Origin: Toensbergia leucococca
Lineage: Eukaryota
Direction: 5' to 3'
Assembly: GCA_022813965.1 (NCBI GenBank)
Contig: JALDZS010000049.1
Location: 62,001-126,000 of the forward strand
DNA length: 64,000 nt
The first letter of the stretch is position 1. Every line of letters starts with the position of its first letter. The notes under the pieces were generated by a model. The model searched no databases. It was not told where the DNA came from and was given only the letters and a program-made list of their open reading frames with translations. Positions 13,258-28,672 of the stretch are shown here, in pieces. The position numbers and the translations under genes were made by a program.

Positions 13258-15657
13258 TCAAACCCCGACTACAGTCTCACTTCCCGGAAATCTTGCCTCA
13301 TACTCTAACACCAACCTCACTCCTTGTCCTGGATTGACCTTGAAATCCCAGCAGACCTCACCTCCCTTTTTCAACGTAGCTACCGCATTCCCCCATCTTT
13401 CGTCCTTCTCTACAGAGCCCGGAGTCCCATCCATTGAATACACACTCCCTCTCATACTTCCACTGGCATTCCCGACCCTTTCAACTGCAGTCCCACACTT
13501 GACTGGATCGCCCTCTCCTCTCAACCTCCTTGGCACTATTACTTCCACTCTTAACTTCTCTTCCTCACTCACAGGTACCTGGTCTATCATGGACCCCTCC
13601 ACAATCGCTCCATTGCCCTTCAAGTTTCTTATGATACAAGTTCGGGTATAGACACTGCTTCCTTCCTTCTGGAAGACCCCGCTTTGGCTCCTCCTCACGC
13701 TCGGCGTCAAGTACTCGACACCCACTCCTGGATCCACGCCCATGCTCAGACTAATGCCTTCGCCGGCGCCACAACGTGGAAGTATTGTGTTACCTAAGAA
13801 TGATCCGTCGAGAGTCAGGCCTGTGAGACCTTTTAGCAATGTGATTGATGAAGTATTGCGTAAACGTGCTTTCAGGAACGCGGCGGCACGTAGTTTCGGA
13901 ACTAGGACATGAGATAGTTGAACATCCTTCAATGCGATGGAGGCGATTCTGTGGCGACGGGTTAAGTTGCTAGGAGGGATGGTTCGAAGACCTGGGACTT
14001 CATATGAGGCTGTAAACCCAGATTCTTCCCAGGTAGATTCTTGGAATGAAAGGGTGGGGTTTCTGGGGACGATGGTTTCTTCAAGTCCCATCTCCTCGTC
14101 ACTATAATCAATTTGGTCGCGGGCCGCTGATGCAAATACTGGTTGCAGTTGAGCTTGGGCTGGAAATTGGGCCTGGGCTTGCTGTCGCTGTTGCTGTGGG
14201 AACTGTTTTTGCTGTCCAAACAGGACCTGCTGTTGATGTTGTTGAAAATTGTTGGAGCTGGGTGCATAGGCTGAGTGTCCTGCAGGTAACCCAAACAATC
14301 CTCCATATGCTACCGAATTGCGTTCCCCTCTATTATTTTGAACACTATGGTATTCCAATCCAAACAAGTCACTACGTGGTTCGCTCGCCTTGGTGGTAAG
14401 CTCAGCTCTGCCTTTGCGCTTGGCATCTTGTTCACTGCGGCTGTATAGAGCGCTACTGTCATCATTTTCACCGAAAGCTTTCATGAGACGTATGTGCCAA
14501 GGGGAAAGAGTTGGAATCCGCTCGCCGAGACCATGAAATGAGGTCTGCGACGTGGATAGAATGACTTTGGCGTCGGACCAGGTCTCCGATGTAGTGTTGC
14601 AAAACTCTGCGCGGTAAATGATTGTGCCAGACCTCGAAGCCGTCATCAGGCTCAGATCGTAACGAGGAAACCAGGAAGCCGAATGGGTAATGTAGGAAAC
14701 AGAAATGGCAATTTGGTAGTCTTCTGTCCATACATCTGCATTAGGAGATACTGAAACAGCGGGTTTCCCGATAGTATCCACTGATCCTCTGCGTGAAGGT
14801 GCAGGCGTTGGGCCAGGGTTCATATCAAGGCTCAGAATGATTCGGTACACCTTCCTTGGCCAGAATTGAACCCGTTCTTGCTTTAGTTGGTTTTTCGCAC
14901 GTATCTTCTCTTCACGTACTCGCTCTTGCTTTTCCTGCTTCTTCGCTCTTACCTTTCGGGCCTTTTCCTTCTCCTTTTTCACAGGTTTCCCGCGTCTCTC
15001 CTTTTCTTTGAGCTTTTGCCGAAGTTCCTTCTCGCATTTTCCAATTGCTGTGAGGCTAGTTCTGTATGATTCATAAGCCTTCTGACGCTCAGTGCGGTAA
15101 GAATCAATACAAGGCCCAAGCTCATTAGAGCGAGGACTTGGCAAGGCCAAACTACGACCGAAATTATCAAGAAAGCCAAGACGGCTCGTCGCAGAATTCC
15201 GCTCTTCAGATAGGTCGTCTATAGTCTGTCTAAGTCTTCCGATCTCCGCGGCGATATTTTTCGTGACATCCGGCTCGGTGTCGGAGCTACTGTCGTCATA
15301 GTCGGTTTCATTATCGGACTCATCAGATATAGAGGGATAGATATCCTCATAGATGTCATGGTTGGGAACAAGATCGACAGTCATATCAGTGATGGTGGCA
15401 GAACCCTTGCCATCGACTTTTATTGAGTTCTCGTCGGCGGTCGGGGTGAGACCGTATATAGTGATCTCATTAGATCCAGGCTAGAAGAATGTCCTTAATA
15501 CTTGAATTATAGCGATGTTGGATGGCTGAAGACTGACTTTGAGAGTAATTTCTTTAATGTCTCGAACAACGTGGGCTCTTGCAGGAAATAATGTGACAGA
15601 GCGAGTCTGTAAATTTCGAATGAGGAATTCCTGCTTGTAAATGTTTTCGTCTGCCAT
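13258..15657 (-). CDS. DUF4140/DUF4139 (mucoidy-inhibitor MuiA-like) protein; intron 15481-15537
   Basis: N-terminal 'SVTLFPARAHVVR...PGSNEITIYGLTPTADENSIKVDG', central 'SYITHSASWFPRYDL...NTTSETW', C-terminal 'LSMGVDP...DQVPVSEEEKLRV'. Confidence 0.85.
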
Positions 15658-18600
15658 GACGACTAAGGCAAGTGCTGATGAAGATTCAAGAGCAGAATTG
15701 AATGGCAGTCAGGGTAAGAGTCGAATTCCGTTGAATTGAAGATACCTTGCAGAATAGATAAATAGATATTCGGAATAGATCAATAGATATTGAACGGAGG
15801 TGTAGCTGGCTCCTATTAAAGGAAGGTAGTCTTGTTGCCCAGCTAGGCAACAGGCAGGCAGGCTGCAGCCTTCCTCTCCGTAAGAAAATCACAAAAATAT
15901 AAAGTACGCAGAAACAAAGTGTGCATCCTGAGGGTTCGCAAAACTCATGTCACCGAAATATGGAGAATCCCGTGACTCCAGGAGATGATCATTGTGAGTG
16001 GCGTTGAGTTCAGGGGAGGATAGGCTGGGGCCACCTGAGGCAGGACAAAACCCCTACCAAAGAATTCAGTACGGTGTATTACGAAGGTCGTCATAACTTT
16101 TCGAGAAGAATCAAGTCATACTAATTACCTTACCTATGAAGAACATGGAACCTGCTAAGGAGCTCAACCCATGTCAAGGACTAATAATATACCCTACTAA
16201 AGGCGCACCATCAATGTTTAATTTTGTGATGCTTTGATAGCTCTATATGGTAGTGGTGGGTTGTAGCTGAAAACTATTTGAAATTTAGTGTGATTGGTGA
16301 GATCTATTAAAGGTAGGGCTATTGGCTCTGGAAAAATATACGAGTATTTCAGAAGCCCTAGGTCACATGACTTGTATTAAATTTGACTACAAGTACTCGT
16401 ATTGATTACGACCATTGCTATACTATTGACATAAGGTACTTTGTGACTGCCTACCCATTTAAAATAGATCGTCGAGGGCATACCATTGAATCGTACCATA
16501 GGTACCGTCAACCAACAGTACTATGTACCAATAGTGCACGTTTATTCACCATGCTAGTAAAAGACCGTTGCAATTTCTGAAGATAAGTCAAGGCAAATCC
16601 TTCTTGATTATTGCTTCCAAGATGAAAATGACAGTTTAAATGAGAAGAGACTGCTTTGCTGACAACTTAAGCATTAGAGTTCGTTGAGTGCCTCAACGCC
16701 AGAGCATATTGTGGGTATAGTACATAACTACTCACTGAAGACAGTCCTGCCCTGAGCCTGAGAAGCCTAGGTATTCAATAACTTCCATAAACCATACTCA
16801 GCCTACTTTATCACTTTCAGAGTACTAGGCTCATGTTCAACCGTAGAGATTCCCGCCTACCTTACTCCCATACCTTGTTGGATCCTTAGACGGCTGGTTG
16901 TCAGTATTTCTGCCTAGCTCAAGAGGCATTTTGTCTGACACAGGTGCCTTCTAGTGATCCAAGCGTTTGCATAATAAAACTAACCGTCGTCTCGTGATGT
17001 TGTTAGTAGAGCATCTATCAGAGGGGAAAATAGTTCTAGTCAGCCTTTCACAGCTCAGCGTTACTATTTGAACAACATTTTTGCTGTCGTTCAGACGTTT
17101 GTGCAGTGGATTTGGTGGTCCACTCCTCTAGGCTATTCCTTGAATATTAATAATTCGTCCAAGAGCTTTGAGTACTTGTTACTTTCCCATTAGAGTGTCA
17201 CAAGCACTCAAAGCAATCAGGAGGTAGTAATGACTAAAGACGGACAACAGACTTCTTGTTCATTCTGTTTAAGGTAATGAGCGCAAGGGGTGGATGTTCA
17301 TGACAATACAGGGTGCCATTCCTGACCAAATAATAGTAAAACTCCCAGGCAATTCAATACACCGTTACGACTTTGGGAAGACCACGGGTTTGTACAGAGG
17401 ATTCGAATTTTTCTTTCTTTTCATTGAGAACTCGACTTGATGGTCTTAGTAACTTTCCCTGAGCGTCAGCGAGGTTACGAGCATCACTGCTCGTGACCCT
17501 CTAGCCTAGTGTTATTACTCGTACTCGTACCTGTCCTTGATTGGATCTCTAGAAAAGTCGTTCCACCGTCTAAAACTGCGCTTGTAGTCTTGTTCGTGAT
17601 GATGACGTTATGTATTCAATAAGTTTACCAATTGCAATTTTCAAGTCTGGAAATCTCTTGAAAATAAGGTGTGGTCGTGGTATTGAAACGCGGCGAATTT
17701 CGTGCTTCAGCGAGGGTTGCTCCCGCAGCCCACGCGTCATGGCTTGATTTGCTGGGTTTCAAGCTGCTGTTCTTGACGCCCGTAAAAGTCAGTTCTGGTA
17801 GTCAGGAACAGATTCCCGGGTTTCGATTATGCGGTTTCGGTGCGGCAGAAAACGTGATGCTATCCATAGTTGAAATGCCTGTCCTGACAATCATCATAAT
17901 CGTTGATATGGGGAACACTCTCGTCCAAGTAGGTAATACCCTCAGTACCTAGGTAGATTATTTAATCTAACGCTAGTGTTGGAGAAGTCTGTGCGGCCAC
18001 GCTGTGGTAGGGATTATGCCATGCGGACGTTGGACCTAAACAATTAGGGCAACACAGGGTTGGATAGGTTATACATAGCAACGTCACATTGTACTCTTAT
18101 TTGAATCGGTTTTCTAGAAAGCCCCTAAGATTTACGCGGTTAGGGAAAGGGCCAATCCCGTCCTCCTAATGTATGTGATCGGCGCTGTGTCATTACGGCA
18201 TTGGCGCAGAAGATTCGAAAGCCCCCGAGAATGAGATCTATACTGGGAAGCGAAGCAAGTCGAATTTCGTCAAGAGATTTGATAGGAACAAATTGAGAAT
18301 ATCCCGCAACATACTATTTCGTTGGACCTGTTACTGTTCGACTTAGGGTTGATAGTCGCTGGTTTGTTTCACTCTGTCGATCAAGGGATGCGCCGGGCCT
18401 CGCTAAGCTCTGCGCTCGCTTGACTTTTCCTCCACCAAGTCAAGCAAGGTGCTGTTACCGACATGCCATGATCCACTCAACACAACACGCTCTTTTCATG
18501 TACAACAACACCAAGTCCATCACCCAAATACTACCTGGATGGTGCTGGATCCAAACTCATATCTTTCATACAACTCCTAAATGCCTCGGTCTTGACCCTC

Positions 18601-20212
18601 TGAAACTGCCGTTTAACAACTCCATCAATCTGTACATCCAGCCTCAAACAACTTTGGAGACTGCATTCTACCGCTGACTTCGCCACTGTACACGCCTGTT
18701 GTGAGCCCAAGTCGACCAATCATTCGACGCTGTTGTAAGCATCTCGACTCGGAAGCTTCAACATCTGCTTGTACGACCAAGAACCCTTGCCCTTGCCTCG
18801 GACATAAGGAGCTGGAGGCTGAAAGATCTTGGAAGATCCTGAAGAGGATAGTCTATACCGTGTTGTACCGTCGATTTGTTCGAGCATAGTTCTGGTCTTC
18901 TTCAACATTGCAGCTTTCCCAGATCCTCGCATATTAGTGTGCATGCTGTTGGCTCGTCAAGTCACCCAAGCTCAAATTTTTCTGCTTGGTTCAGCTCCTT
19001 CCAAGTTCGCTTCTGAGTGTGGAACATCAATACCTAGCCACAGACCTACTGACGTATTGATCGAATCCTTGCTTCATTTCACGGGTGTACTTTAGCCTGT
19101 ATTACTTATCGAGGTATCAATCCCTACCCTGCTCATCGAAAACGAAATCGGCCAGTATCAAGCCCAGCGCTAGAAGCTACTGAGAGATATTGGGGAATTT
19201 GTCTCGGGGCTTGAATTTCATACGGAATAAATACGACAACTGTTCCGTGGTCTAGATCCAACAAGGTACCAAGAGTGTAATCAGTCCGAGAATAGTTTAA
19301 GAAGCTTGAGTGCCTTTCCGGACGAACAGGTGGATCGTGCTTCAGCATCTGCCCCTATCCGCCTAGACCTCGGATCGACGTAATTGTCCTTTGCACCAAC
19401 ATACTGCTTCCTTGCTACAAGCAACCCGAGACATCCAATAAGCCATAGCACCATCTTAGTACAGAACGAAGATTCATATTCTGAGAGCTTGAGTAGGTAC
19501 TGAATCTGCATAGAGGATAATCTGGAAGTCTTTAGTCTTCGACGGAGACACACATTGATCAAGGCAAAGTTGACGCACAGGTAAGACCTCTATCTCTTTC
19601 GCGTTACTTCCCATACACCATTGGGCTGAGTCGCATCCTTGATTCGACCTCTCGCTTTGACGTACATAGCCGCAGGCCGAGGCATAAAGACCTCGCAGTC
19701 TAGTAAGCTTCCTTGACTTGCCCGCACACTGCTTTTCATCCTTCGTCATTGCATTACCTTCTGTCTTTGCGGAGAGTTCATTCTCTACCCCGGCTTTGCA
19801 AAGTAGCTGTACTAATTGCATTTATGAATCCATACCCATCTGAATTGCCTTTTGCAGTACACTCTAATCTGCGCAAAATCTAACCTTTTTTACAGAGTCT
19901 CCAATCCAATGCTTACACTCTACAGTTGAAGGTACGCCTTAATTGAACACTTTTAAGCTCAGACTTGGATGAAGAATAATGTTAATATAATAACAGGATA
20001 GCAATTGCTCGATTGGATAATCTGCGTCTCACATGATACAGTCATACCACACTCATTGAAACGAAAGACTCGAGATCAATATTCTTCGCTTTCAGATTAA
20101 ATACCCTGAGCTCAATTGCAAAAGTCCAAGTTTTCTCAAAGCACTGCGACTTCGTTTTAGTCGTGCATCAAGATCCTGACATCGACCATCTTGCTCATCC
20201 TTAATTGGAGGT

Positions 20213-21728
<1,516 letters not shown>

Positions 21729-22756
21729 TGTCGGGATAATTTAGGCTGCAGGTTTTTAACACAATTTTTATTCGGTTCGAGATAGAGTTATACCCCGCTA
21801 CTACTCATAGCTTCTATTTGCCTTTTGTGTTTGTATACCATCACTACACTACTGTACGGTCCTCATATTAGGGAGTCTATGGGATTCGCGGCTATCTGGG
21901 TGCCAGCGCATTGATCGATCCGGGACGGCTTAGGATCGATCAGTCATCAGCTTCTTTCTTTGGCATCTTGGTCACGTTTGATGGGCTTCAAATTTACTCA
22001 TGTCTTTGCCCCCCTAGTCCGATGACACAGATTTCGCTGCGATGGCATGCATGAGAGAATTAGAAGTCTTGTAATACTACTGTTCATGATTCCTGTGGCC
22101 TAGGGCACGACCAAACCAAGATTATTCCGAAATTCCATTGACCGTGGTCATTACTCTGGGCCATTTCCCCCCCTCTCCTCCTGTAGATTCCCCTGGTGTT
22201 TCAAACAATTAGCTCACCGTTCGTTAAGGAAATGGTGTAAGAGAAGGAATACACTCGGATGAGTAGGACCGATAGCTGCTCTTAGAGACAGGCTCTAAAT
22301 TTACGAAGCTCCTCCTGCTCTACGTATTCCTCATCCATTCGTTCTTTCGTTTGTGTATCCACTCTATCAATCATCCACGGCTTTGACAGTGTCTCGCATC
22401 TGTATTGCTGTTCCGTTTGTCAAATCACTCATCAGATCATAGTGGCCGATTGCCTATCATCTGATCATGATGTGCTTTGAAGAGGCCCAGGCTATATCGG
22501 GGTAGGTGGTCGTACCATATGATGCTAGAGTGATGATCTATAAGAGACCTCAATTTCTTTTCAGAGAAATCAACGAAATTCCAATCGAATCAGGGTTTCA
22601 ATCTCGCTCCAATGAAAACGGGATATGCACGCGTGCGTGCGTTGTGCAATCCAGACCCCGCCCCTTTTTTTGAACACTGAGATAGAATCTGTATGACCCA
22701 CGAACAGCCACAGGGACGAGGAGACGAAAAAGCTGCAGGTGGGGATGGATGTTTTC

Positions 22757-22783
22757 TGAGAGAGAGAGAGAGAGAGAGAGAGA
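22757..22783. repeat. (GA)n microsatellite
   Basis: About 13 GA units read directly. Confidence 0.9.
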
Positions 22784-23420
22784 AAAGAAGAGATGCTGAA
22801 TTTAATTGAAGAAGAGAATGCATACAAGATCCAATTACGAAATGTGGGGATTTCCAATGCTCGGAATATTCTCCACCTAGTTTAAAAGGCACAGATTGTG
22901 TAGGTCTTCGAAAGTAGTTCCGCATAAGTGAACTTTGACAAATCTTCAATACTTTGATGAAAGACCAGCTGGACCAGATATCGTTAAGCCAAGGTGGCCT
23001 CGCTGATGTTTCGTGGTTTTGATGGCGTGGGAAAATGGTAGTGAGATTAAAGTTCACAAAGGCTGTGCTAGAGGTTTGGTGGAGGGATCATCGTCATGTG
23101 GGGGGGGACTGTTCTTTCTCGGCGGGGAGTTGATGTGGGGGCCGGCGAGGTCGATTAAGGGGGACTTAGAGGATTTTGGGAATTCATTGGTTGTCTTTTT
23201 CTCATGGCTGATGAGAATACATTTCTTCCATGGACATGTTGTATTCAATTTGTATTGGGAAGGCTTCTCTGAGTGTGGCTAGGCACTTTGAGAATATCTA
23301 CGTGTGTTATGATGTCTTTGGAGCGTGTGGGGGATGTGAGAGTGGGGGTTGGGAGGAATAGTGGGAGACTTGGGGGTAGGGACGTGGGGGTGTGGGGTAG
23401 GTTGGCCAGAGGTGGTTTTA

Positions 23421-23813
23421 TTAGATGGAAGGAAATAGGAGCGTGGGAAAGAAAGGGGGTGGCAAAGAGCTGGGGAAAGGGTCGTCAAGTACTTCCCAAA
23501 TGTTGTCTTCTTGGGTGTCAATGGTGGCTAGCTTCAAAAGTGACGCCTCGGAGATTTGGTACGTGCCAGCCTCCCTCATAACATAATCCTTTCCATTGAT
23601 AAGAACGGGCCACGAAACCTCGCTGGCTCTAAGAGAAGCACAGCTCATATATAAAGAAAGACGGGGAATTCTGGAACTTCCCCCCCCCCCCCTTTGAATT
23701 GCTACCCACGCTTGGCGCTTGATCTTATATTTCCGAAACAAGAGGTATGAAAGAAACAGGATAGTGGAAAGAAGAAGGAAAAGCCAATACTGATTGTCGA
23801 TGTAAGGTGCCAT
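23421..23813 (-). CDS. Possible orphan single-pass membrane protein (or degenerate gene)
   Basis: 130-aa ATG ORF with N-terminal hydrophobic stretch 'YWLFLLLSTILFLSYLLF' followed by 'RKYKIKR'; no recognised family. Confidence 0.3.
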   Translation of the reverse strand: MAPYIDNQYWLFLLLSTILFLSYLLFRKYKIKRQAWVAIQRGGGGSSRIPRLSLYMSCASLRASEVSWPVLINGKDYVMREAGTYQISEASLLKLATIDTQEDNIWEVLDDPFPSSLPPPFFPTLLFPSI

Positions 23814-24701
23814 GTGGTTTGCGGTGTTTGGAGATACAGTGGAGGATGGTCACAGTGTGTTTCCTTGGAGAGGAGAACAACAAGCACTTTGGGATGACAA
23901 CATCATAGATGAATCGCTAAAGTCGTCAACGCCTTCTGACTTTTCATTACACAAAGCTTTCGGGCAGTGGCGTTTCAAGTCTTATTGTGTAGCACAGTAC
24001 CTTACTCCGTAGCATGATTAGCTTTTTCGCCTTAGCATGCTGAGATTTTGCGCCTTTGGTTCAGTGTCTTCGATGTTTGCCAGGACCCTGATAGATTTGC
24101 TGTCCATGCTAATCGGCACCGACTTATCTTGCACGACTACCTAAGGCAATCCAAGGTTGAAGTCGCTCTACAGCCGTTAAGAGTAAGGTGTTCTCCAGGT
24201 ACGAGGTTGGAGGACTAGATCAGGGCCAAGAAGCTCGAGCTCGCTAGGTTTTACTAGAATGCGACTAGTGGATCGTGGGGGACGAGGCGGGATGTCGAGT
24301 TGGAGACCATCTCGACGATTCGGTGCATTCGGCTGAACCCGATTAACCACCAAGTCGTGACTTGCTCCGAACACATGTTCGTTGTCTCACTGAACATCGC
24401 TTGGCCAGCCATAGATTACCCCTGCAATCCTGCAAGCACTCCTTCCGTCTATCCCAAGTACGGACTTCTAATTTGATGAATACGAAGCTCACGCCAGCCT
24501 TCCTCCTCCTATCTTTAGAACGGTCTGGCTGCTATCGAGATGCCTCAATCCACCCCGCCTTCCAAGCCTTGGAGAACGACTTCAGCTGACTTTTTCCTTT
24601 CAATGTAATATGACTCCCATCGTTCCCTCTGCCCCTAGCTATTGTCTTTCGTTCCTGCTTGCCGAGTCGTTCGTTACCTCTCATTAACTCTTCGTCTAGC
24701 C

Positions 24702-26630
24702 ATGATCACGCTTTACTGGACTATATTTACATGCCTTACCTTGGTCCTACGGAATGGAGCGGAAACAGCCGCAGTTCCGACCTGGCCGTCGTCAATGGAC
24801 GAATTGGAAGATATTATGCTGCTTAACACAGGCTACAGCGCTCGAGGCTTCGCAGTCCCCGTCACTCCCTGCTCCTTCTCTGCCCAGGGGCCTGGACGCA
24901 TTGCCTCTGCTGAGTGGATGCGAACTGCTTTCCACGATATGGCTACAGGCAACGTCTTCACTGGCGAAGGTGGCTTGGACGCCTCGCTCATTTTCGAACT
25001 TGGTGGCGACAACATTGGCTCAGCCTTCAACACGACGCTGATTACTCTCGCCCCATACTTAACCAGTCAGTCGTCAATGGCAGATCTGATTGCCTTGGGT
25101 GTTTATACAGCCGTGCGTTCTTGCGGAGGTCCAGTCGTGTCAATCAGGACTGGAAGAATCGATGCAACAGCAGCAGGGAATCCAGGTGTTCCGCTTCCCC
25201 AAAATTCGTTATATACGTTTGAGAACCAATTCGCTAGAACTGGCTTCAACACAACTGAGATGATTGCCGTGACAGCGTGCGGTCATACGGTAGGTGGAGT
25301 GCACGCCGTGAACTTTCCACAGATTGTAACCCCTGGGACTGTGCCGAATGACTATCAGCATTTTGATTCGACAACCGTCTTTGATGAGAAGATTGCTTCA
25401 GAATATATTGCTGGTACCTCCATAGATCCTCTAAGTGTTGGCCCTTCGGTAGCGTCCGGGTTCAATTCAGACGCCCGAGTCTTTGCAGCTGACGGGAATG
25501 TCACGATAAAAGCCATGTCGGACCCGGCAACGTTCGCTAGTGTGTGCTCGACGATGCTGCAGAAGATGATTGAAGTCGTCCCAAGCGGCACAATTCTCAC
25601 CGATCCGATCGTACCTTACGAGATAAAGCCAAATGCAATCCAGTTGACTTTGGTCAATAAAGGCAGCACTATTTTACTCACAGGCAACATTCGAGTCAGG
25701 ACCACTGTGCGGCCGGCCAGTCAAATCAGCAGTGTACAACTCGTGTACAAGGATCGTAGCGGAGGCAATGGATGTGGCCGCTGTATCGTAAACACCGGCC
25801 AGAATGGCACCGCTGCAGGCTTCGATGATAGCTTTACGGCGAGTACATCTCCGACTCCAGGCTTGAACATCAAAAATTAATGATAAGCTGGATAGTTCTA
25901 TGGGTTCTCTCATCGTCTCCCTTCAAATTCTTCGATCTCAACTTTCAACGTACTTATAACACTTACGGGTGGGGCTACGGAGCTACACGACAACAACGGC
26001 GTTGGTTTTTCTGTCCAGGATAAAATCATGCTACAAACTCGCGAAAGCTGCTTGAATCCAAGCATCGATGCCAACGGAAACAATAATTTAACCATTGTCG
26101 CTGCAGTGAGTGATATTTCTAAGTCATGATGTCTGAGAGACTCGCCTCTAAGATAGAGCCGTGCTACGGCCATGGTCAGCCCTTTCCAGTGCCGTTTTGC
26201 TGACCAGTATTAGGTCCTCGACACGGTGTCTGACCCTTCGGTGAACTTAATCTTAACCTTAAAGATCCCTAGAAGTGGGCTCCCGGTTCCAGGCTTGCAG
26301 ACAGCATCGGTGTCCATGGTCCAACAATCCACTGTGGGTCCCTACACACTTTATTCAGCTTCATACGCTTTGAATCCAAGTCAGAGCCAAAATACCAAGT
26401 TTGCCGTTTCGATTGGCAGCGGATCTAGTGGAGTCGCAGACGGGTTTAAAAACACTGGCGATCTGCCAAGTACATGTAAGACCCTGAAGTCACCCGCATC
26501 GAAAACAACTACATCTTCCTCGAAGACGTCGTCCTCGCAGACGTCGTCCTCGCAGACATTGTCCTCCTCAAAGACATCCTCTTCCTCAAAGACAACTTCC
26601 TCCATGAAGGTATCCTCCTCATCGGCATAG
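24702..26630 (+). CDS. Secreted heme peroxidase, hybrid-B (WSC-peroxidase)-like, with Ser/Thr-rich tail; exons 24702-25838, 25896-26105, 26214-26630
   Basis: Signal peptide, distal 'EWMRTAFHDMAT', 'GGLDASL', 'GRIDAT', proximal 'ACGHTVGGVH'; intron 1 is GC-AG and joins 'FDDSFT' to 'FYGFS'. Confidence 0.88.
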
Positions 26631-28672
26631 TTCTTTTCAGGCTGCGGTATCGACTTTGCGTCTTCAACTTCAGAATTGAATATGGTAAAGAGTGCTGCGG
26701 CATCCAATGGTGAGGTCTTACAAATACTTTCCACTACTCAACTGGGGTCTAACAATCCTGTATCCTGTAAGTCTTGATTCGTGCAAAAATGAACCTAAAT
26801 TTCTTAGCTTCTTGTCACCTCTCTTGGTATCATCATTAAAGCGAGTAAATCATCAAAATACAAATAATAGTCAAATATCTACAATACGATAGCCGCACTT
26901 CAAGCAGACCATTCAATTAGCTTACAATGAACCTGGCAGTCTTTTACTCGTTGAAGGATAAGGTGGGTCAGATTGCTTAGGAGGGCCGCTTCACACACAC
27001 TATGATCACATAACGCTCCGGTCAAGTTTCCAGTTGATTGTGATTGTGCGATAATGCCTTTTGTACGAAAAGTTTAAGAATCTCATGCTGGGTCGTATTT
27101 ACAAGGGCTATACTCGTAAGCAGTCAGATGTTGCATGGGAATATTCCTCAACTAGAGGTACTCACGGGGTCGGTTGATATGGAAACGACGGTTTTGGTGA
27201 GCACCTATTGGGTGAAATACTGCATCTATGAAGAGACTGAGTACACAGTACATCAAACTCTTTGGTAAATTATAGCGTATCCCCTGCTTCCCTTTTCGTG
27301 GTCATTGCTCGAGCCCAAATCGCGATAAAGATTAGCCTACAACAGTTAAGGTAATGAAAGATTACAAAGAATTGGGTGCATGGAAAGGCATGACTTCAGA
27401 AGCCGAATGAGTCTGATGACCGCTGTACCCCTTCCGCTGTCGACATACTCGTACGAAAGAAGGAGAGATATGCAATACTACCGCACCATTATTGGCAAAA
27501 GTAATCACAATTCGATATTCTCACTAATCATATATTCTCTTGGCCGGTTCAATGAAGGAGAAGTCGCGATAGGCTTAACAAAACGAGTCAAATATTAGTG
27601 CTTACTACTCTACGCCAATCGACTGGTCTAAGGCTCACAGAATTTGGGGGGATTCTTCAACATTTTACGTTGTCTACCACGTGTCCATCTTGATGGGCTT
27701 TTGCTTTTCCCATCCTAGGCTTGAGCGTGGGAAATGGCCTAAGAACGACTCTGACCTGTTGTGCCTTCTCTATACACTGTGATCTTTGGCCAATCTTTGG
27801 CGAATACAGATGCCGCAAAGAAATGCGTCTCTCTTAATTCGCTGGTAGCATTCTCTAGGTCAGCAGGAGCTCGTCTCTCCCTAAGATTACGGAGCTGATG
27901 GTCGTTTTGAGACTATTCGTTATTGTTCTGACATCGCTTCGCTACCTACAAATGCATAGTTTGGTTCGTTGTCTACTTTTTTCTCATGGATTTGTTGATC
28001 ATCAGTGTATGAGATCGGTACCTTGTAAGCTTGCCTTTGCATTAGGTCTGTATTCCAATCACGAGTATCAGACGAAAAGCTTACTGTATTCTCTTATTTG
28101 TCGAAGCGATTACACTATCAAAAACACCACATGAAATCTTTCTTCCATTTACATAATCATAAGCTTTTGTTAGATTCATCAACATTTTTGTTTTGGAGTA
28201 GCCCTTCTTACCTATGTCAATGCAACTTTTCTGAGAATCTTCAGGTTCGGTGAGGTCTCTGTGCTGAGTTGATAATTGCAAGTTTCTCCAGCCGAGCCTT
28301 TTACGGAGGCGTTAATAGGAGGAAAAGCGCCTTATTTCTCATAAAGATCTTACGCCCGGCGTAAGCCTGTGACTCGTTAGCGAGCTTACTATGCTTTTGC
28401 ATCTTGAGTGCGATTACTGTGCAGATGGATTGTAAACTACGGACGATAATCCGATAATCTTCATACGAGTATTAGGTCTAGAGGGTGTAACGAGCAGCTT
28501 CGTACGGTGTCAGATGTTACCCTCATATTTTGATGCCCCTTTTAAATCTGTCCTTATAAGTGAGTATCTCTCCCTTCCTCCTCTACCAGCCAAACAGTGA
28601 TCTTGAATCTCAGAACAGATCCTCCAAAACCAAGTATTATTCTCTAATAAATCTCAGCTTAGTTCCCCCGTC

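Noticed and set aside
16000..17500. RIP-degraded transposon relic
   Set aside because: Only mildly AT-rich; no terminal repeats, target-site duplications or transposase/RT remnants recognisable
18040..18352. Scattered TTAGGG hexamers suggesting telomere or telomerase-RNA template
   Set aside because: Isolated single copies, no tandem array and no supporting structure visible
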